64,000 nt of DNA from NCBI GenBank assembly GCA_045634385.1, contig JAZRAE010000093.1, positions 5,086-69,085 of the forward strand, read 5' to 3'. Source of the DNA: Eubacteriales bacterium (GTDB lineage: Bacteria > Bacillota > Clostridia > Oscillospirales > CAG-272). Shown piece by piece: positions 60,835-64,000 of the stretch (the stretch's first letter is position 1; the number at the start of each line of letters is the position of its first letter). A program made the position numbers and the translations under genes. The notes below the pieces were generated by a model that was not told where the DNA came from, did not search any database, and saw only the letters and a program-made list of their open reading frames with translations.

Positions 60835-63366
60835 CTAAAAGCCTTGCTCGGTGCGGTTGATAATATCATCCTGTAAGGACTTTGATAAAGTGGTGAACAA
60901 AGCACTGTAGCCTGCCACTCTTACTACAAGAGTCTTGTATTTATCGGGATGTGCCTGAGCATCAAGGAGAGTTTCCTTTGTTACTACGTTGAACTGTACG
61001 TGCATACCCTTTTGATCAAAGTAGGATCGAATGAGTGCAACAAACTTGCTAAGCCCCTTCATACCTTCAAGGGCCGAGGGATGGAACTTCTGGTTAAGAA
61101 GCGTACCGTTGGAGGCTACGCATTGCTCAAGCTTGGCGACCGAGTTTGCCGTCGCAGTAGGGCCTTTGACATCTCTGCCGGATGCCGGGCCAATGCCGTC
61201 AGCAAGGGGCGTGTAAGCTAAACGGCCATCGGGAGTCGCTCCCGTAGTTCCGCCGAGAGGTACATTGGCAGATACAGGATAAAGTCCTGCCTGGAAGATT
61301 CCGCCACGAACGTTCTTGTACTTTTCTACCTCTTTTGTATAGGTGTTTGCAACATCACGTGCAAACATATCAACTTCATATATATCGTTACCATACTTTG
61401 GGCAAGTCTCGTCGATTAGTCTTTTTATCTCCTTGTATCTCGCTTTTGTAGCATCGTCTATAGCAGATGCTGTAGTAACCTCTCTGTATATAGTCTCAAT
61501 AGCCGAGGGGGTAATCTCTATCCCCTGTTTTGCAAGCTCGATAGCAACCTCTGCGGTGAGTCTTTCTGCCGCTGCACCCTGAATACCGTAACCGAAATTC
61601 GCCTTAAGTGCCTCGCGGAACTCTGCCATTGTAACCTTTTTCTCATCGAAAACAAGCTGCTTCACCGCGATAAGACCATCGGTATTGTTTGCAATACCAA
61701 AGCCCTGCGGACCTGTAAAGTTGTACACGGCTCCGCCCTCTTGGAGAGATTTGCCTCTTCCGATGCAGTCATCTACCATACAGGACTGGAACGGAAGCGG
61801 ACAACGTTTTGCGTGTGCGGAGTCGATCGCATTATTTGCGTTTACAAGCAACTTTATCATATAGCTCTGCTGAGCCTTATACGCATTATAGAATTCCTCG
61901 AAGGTGGTCATTTTAGCCACGTCACCCGTCTCAGGACCTATCTTTTTGCCCTTGTCCATACCATTTGAGAAGGCAAGTTCCAAGGGACGGCACATATTGA
62001 AGAATGCCGCATCATGCCAACCATCGGTCTTTCCGCCCTTCTGAGGCTCAACGCAACCGATAATACAGTAGTCACGCGCATCCTCAAGAGTGAGACCGCG
62101 AGCCATTATCGAAGGAATAATTATCTCGTCATTGTAATAAGCGGGCAGACCCGTGCCGAGTCTTGTCAATGATGCCGCCTTAATAAGCAGATCCTCGGGT
62201 GAGCCGTTCCACACTCTTATGGATATGGAGGGCTGAGGAAGCGGTACGTGTATAGCCGCCTCAATACACATATAGGACAGGTCATTTGTCGAGTCCATAC
62301 CATGCTCGTCCTGACCGCCAACAATAAGGTTTTGGAACATACCGTAGCCTGCAAATCCGTCTGCAGAAACGGCGTCACGAACCTTGTTTATATCGTTAAA
62401 CTTAACCCAGATACAATCAAGAAGCTCTTGCGCTTGTTCTCTTGTGATTACACCTTTATCAATATCAGCCTTGTAATAAGGATACATATATCGGTCAAAG
62501 CGTCCGGGAGAAATGGAGTGTCCGCTCGACTCGATCTGAAGAAGCAACTGAACAAACCAGAAGGACTGGCAAGCCTCGTGGAAGGTAGTTGCGCCGAACT
62601 CCGGAACACGCGCGCAGTTTTTAGCTATTACTTCAAGCTCGCGCTTTCTATCGGGATTCTTCTCTTTGCCTGCAAGCTCTCGGGCAAGTCTTGAATATCT
62701 TCTTGCATGCTCTATAACCGCTTCACAGCTCTCAATTACTGCCTCAAGGAAGTTTGCTCTCTGTACGTACTCGGCATCGGCAAAATCAAGCTTATCAAGT
62801 GCCGCGTTTGCCTCGGCTATAATTCCGCGATATCCAATCTTCAATACCTTATCGTACTGAACACACACGTGACCGATTCCGTTGTAGAAATAGTTTCCGG
62901 GGGTAAAGACGTTGTGCTCGGTGAACGCCGCATAAGCCTCGGGGGCCATATTTGCCTTTGCAAGATCCGAACAGGTCTTTCCTTTCCACCAGGGGTAAAT
63001 AGCACGAAGTTCAGCCTTGGTTTTTTCGCTTATGTAGAATGGATCCGCCGCACGGGTGGATACCGTGTCAAGTTCTGCCTCGAGCCACTCATATGAATAC
63101 TCGGGGAACACCTGACATCCTCTGGGTGCAACTGTAGCACTTCCGACAATGAGCTCACCCTCTCTTATAACTATGGGAAGGTTCTCAAGGATGTGAGCAA
63201 ATGCCGCACTTCTACGCTTTATAATAGGCAGATTTTCGGTCTGCTTATAGCTCTCTGTAACAAGAATTCCGCGCGCGGATTCTATCTCGGGCATCTTCTC
63301 GTAAAGAGTATTCACGAGCTTACCGATTCTCGCGCTTTTTTCAATTACAAACTTAATGTTTTCCAT
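60835..63366 (-). CDS. glycyl radical enzyme, eliminase/dehydratase class (diol-dehydratase-like or choline-lyase-like)
   Basis: 843 aa. C-terminal glycyl radical motif VRVAGYSALF. Thiyl loop IIGCVEPQKGGKTDGWHD has a single Cys plus Glu, which is not the PFL CC pair. Confidence 0.9.
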   Translation of the reverse strand: MENIKFVIEKSARIGKLVNTLYEKMPEIESARGILVTESYKQTENLPIIKRRSAAFAHILENLPIVIREGELIVGSATVAPRGCQVFPEYSYEWLEAELDTVSTRAADPFYISEKTKAELRAIYPWWKGKTCSDLAKANMAPEAYAAFTEHNVFTPGNYFYNGIGHVCVQYDKVLKIGYRGIIAEANAALDKLDFADAEYVQRANFLEAVIESCEAVIEHARRYSRLARELAGKEKNPDRKRELEVIAKNCARVPEFGATTFHEACQSFWFVQLLLQIESSGHSISPGRFDRYMYPYYKADIDKGVITREQAQELLDCIWVKFNDINKVRDAVSADGFAGYGMFQNLIVGGQDEHGMDSTNDLSYMCIEAAIHVPLPQPSISIRVWNGSPEDLLIKAASLTRLGTGLPAYYNDEIIIPSIMARGLTLEDARDYCIIGCVEPQKGGKTDGWHDAAFFNMCRPLELAFSNGMDKGKKIGPETGDVAKMTTFEEFYNAYKAQQSYMIKLLVNANNAIDSAHAKRCPLPFQSCMVDDCIGRGKSLQEGGAVYNFTGPQGFGIANNTDGLIAVKQLVFDEKKVTMAEFREALKANFGYGIQGAAAERLTAEVAIELAKQGIEITPSAIETIYREVTTASAIDDATKARYKEIKRLIDETCPKYGNDIYEVDMFARDVANTYTKEVEKYKNVRGGIFQAGLYPVSANVPLGGTTGATPDGRLAYTPLADGIGPASGRDVKGPTATANSVAKLEQCVASNGTLLNQKFHPSALEGMKGLSKFVALIRSYFDQKGMHVQFNVVTKETLLDAQAHPDKYKTLVVRVAGYSALFTTLSKSLQDDIINRTEQGF

Positions 63367-63378
63367 CTTAAGCTCTCC

Positions 63379-63924
63379 TTACATCTGATTCCAGAGTTCC
63401 TCGTGGGGTGCGGCAATCACCGAGTAGGATGAAAGCATCGCATTCTCCTTTGCATAATCAGCTCCCGCTTCTATTGCCGCAGTAACGTCACCTATCTCAC
63501 CTGTGACCATTAGTATTCCCTTTCCGCCCATGCCTCTCGATACACGCAGATCGTAAATCTCAACTCTCGCAGTCTTGACAGCGATGTCAGCCGCCTTGAT
63601 CGCGCTCGCCGCAGAGTAGGTCTCGAGTAGACCGAGAGAGCCTGAGCGCTCTGCCGCGTGAGTACCGAAGAGAGCCGAGATAACCTGCTCTTCTATCCTA
63701 CCGATAATCGACGAGTCTATCACAAAGCCCTCAAATTTCGAAGATACGTGACCTACTGCCGCCGTAACGTTGGATATAGAGCCGGTCAATATTATCTCAT
63801 ACTTACCGGGACATGAGGGATGGCTTGACACCATCTCAACGCCGGCACTCTTAAGTGCCGCATCCGCCGCTTCAACGCCTTTAGGTATGCTTTTCAGTTC
63901 TATTACACCTATTGCTTTATACAT
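63379..63924 (-). CDS. pduT: tandem-domain BMC-T shell protein (PduT type)
   Basis: 181 aa, two BMC domains. MYKAIGVIELKSIPKGVEAADAALKSA... with Cys38 in SCPGKY, the position of the PduT Fe-S ligand. Confidence 0.85.
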   Translation of the reverse strand: MYKAIGVIELKSIPKGVEAADAALKSAGVEMVSSHPSCPGKYEIILTGSISNVTAAVGHVSSKFEGFVIDSSIIGRIEEQVISALFGTHAAERSGSLGLLETYSAASAIKAADIAVKTARVEIYDLRVSRGMGGKGILMVTGEIGDVTAAIEAGADYAKENAMLSSYSVIAAPHEELWNQM

Positions 63925-63925
63925 T

Positions 63926-64000
63926 CTATACTACCCTATCAATGATTATTTTCTTATCCGTAACCGTAACTCTGCCATGCAGTGATGCGTGCTGAGGTAT
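63926..64000 (-). CDS. 3' end of an unidentified upstream gene of the GRM operon
   Basis: Open frame from the window edge reads ...IPQHASLHGRVTVTDKKIIIDRVV-stop. The stop is 1 nt before the pduT-like ATG. Confidence 0.4.
   Translation of the reverse strand: MPQHASLHGRVTVTDKKIIIDRVV

Noticed and set aside
60835-63366. GRE as pyruvate formate-lyase
   Set aside because: The active-site loop has a single Cys followed by Val-Glu (GCVEP) rather than the adjacent Cys-Cys of PFL. The gene sits among BMC shell genes, and 843 aa is longer than PFL (about 760 aa).
1-64000. Search for mobile elements, prophage genes, toxin-antitoxin or known defence systems
   Set aside because: I recognised no transposase, integrase, recombinase, phage structural, restriction-modification or Cas-like motif in any ORF over 60 aa. 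The only repeats are short structured intergenic elements.

Overview
This 64-kb window looks like an anaerobic Firmicute (Clostridia-type) chromosome of about 45% GC; that assignment is an inference from gene content only. I found no rRNA, tRNA, CRISPR array, transposase or integrase. Gene calls rest on motif recognition by eye, with starts re-picked from RBS context. The ORF track also uses TTG and GTG starts.

Layout:
1. 2-15537: a pectin/galacturonate utilisation locus. It holds uxaA and uxaC, cytoplasmic GH28 and GH105 enzymes, an LplABC-like ABC importer with a 739-aa lipoprotein binding protein, two MalK/MsmK-type ATPases, and five unassignable small membrane proteins.
2. 15538-16503: about 960 bp of noncoding DNA. 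It carries an inverted array of GTGAAGT / ACTTCAC words interleaved with mini-palindromes.
3. 16504-19287: a secreted endonuclease-I-family protein with four Cys-rich modules.
4. 20211-29403: a packed minus-strand cluster of miscellaneous genes. These are an AKR with Fe-S motifs, a metallophosphoesterase, a P-loop kinase, a PNPOx-like protein, a short CDP-alcohol transferase, a radical SAM protein, a GHL6-like protein, an SDR and pcp.
5. 31703-46154: a ZTP-riboswitch-controlled purine operon, purE-C-F-M-N-purO-purH-purD-purL-fhs-guaA. Its PurF lacks the catalytic Cys1, and its GuaA has no glutaminase domain.
6. 46182-51015: a lipoprotein gene, a second GAAGT-word structured element, a cytoplasmic heparinase II/III-like gene, and guaB behind a consensus promoter.
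7. 51149-55677: a TetR-controlled operon. It encodes a flavin-reductase-like protein, an NmrA-like protein, a DUF1295/steroid-5-alpha-reductase-like protein, a membrane protein, and a possible bilin-reductase-fold protein.
8. 56775-64000: the promoter-distal part of a glycyl-radical-enzyme microcompartment (GRM) operon. It contains PduT-, PduU- and PduV-like genes, the GRE and a short activase.

The most interesting candidate is in that last operon. A ParA-type ATPase and a 108-aa disordered basic protein are translationally coupled into it, which suggests an McdAB-like system that positions the microcompartment.
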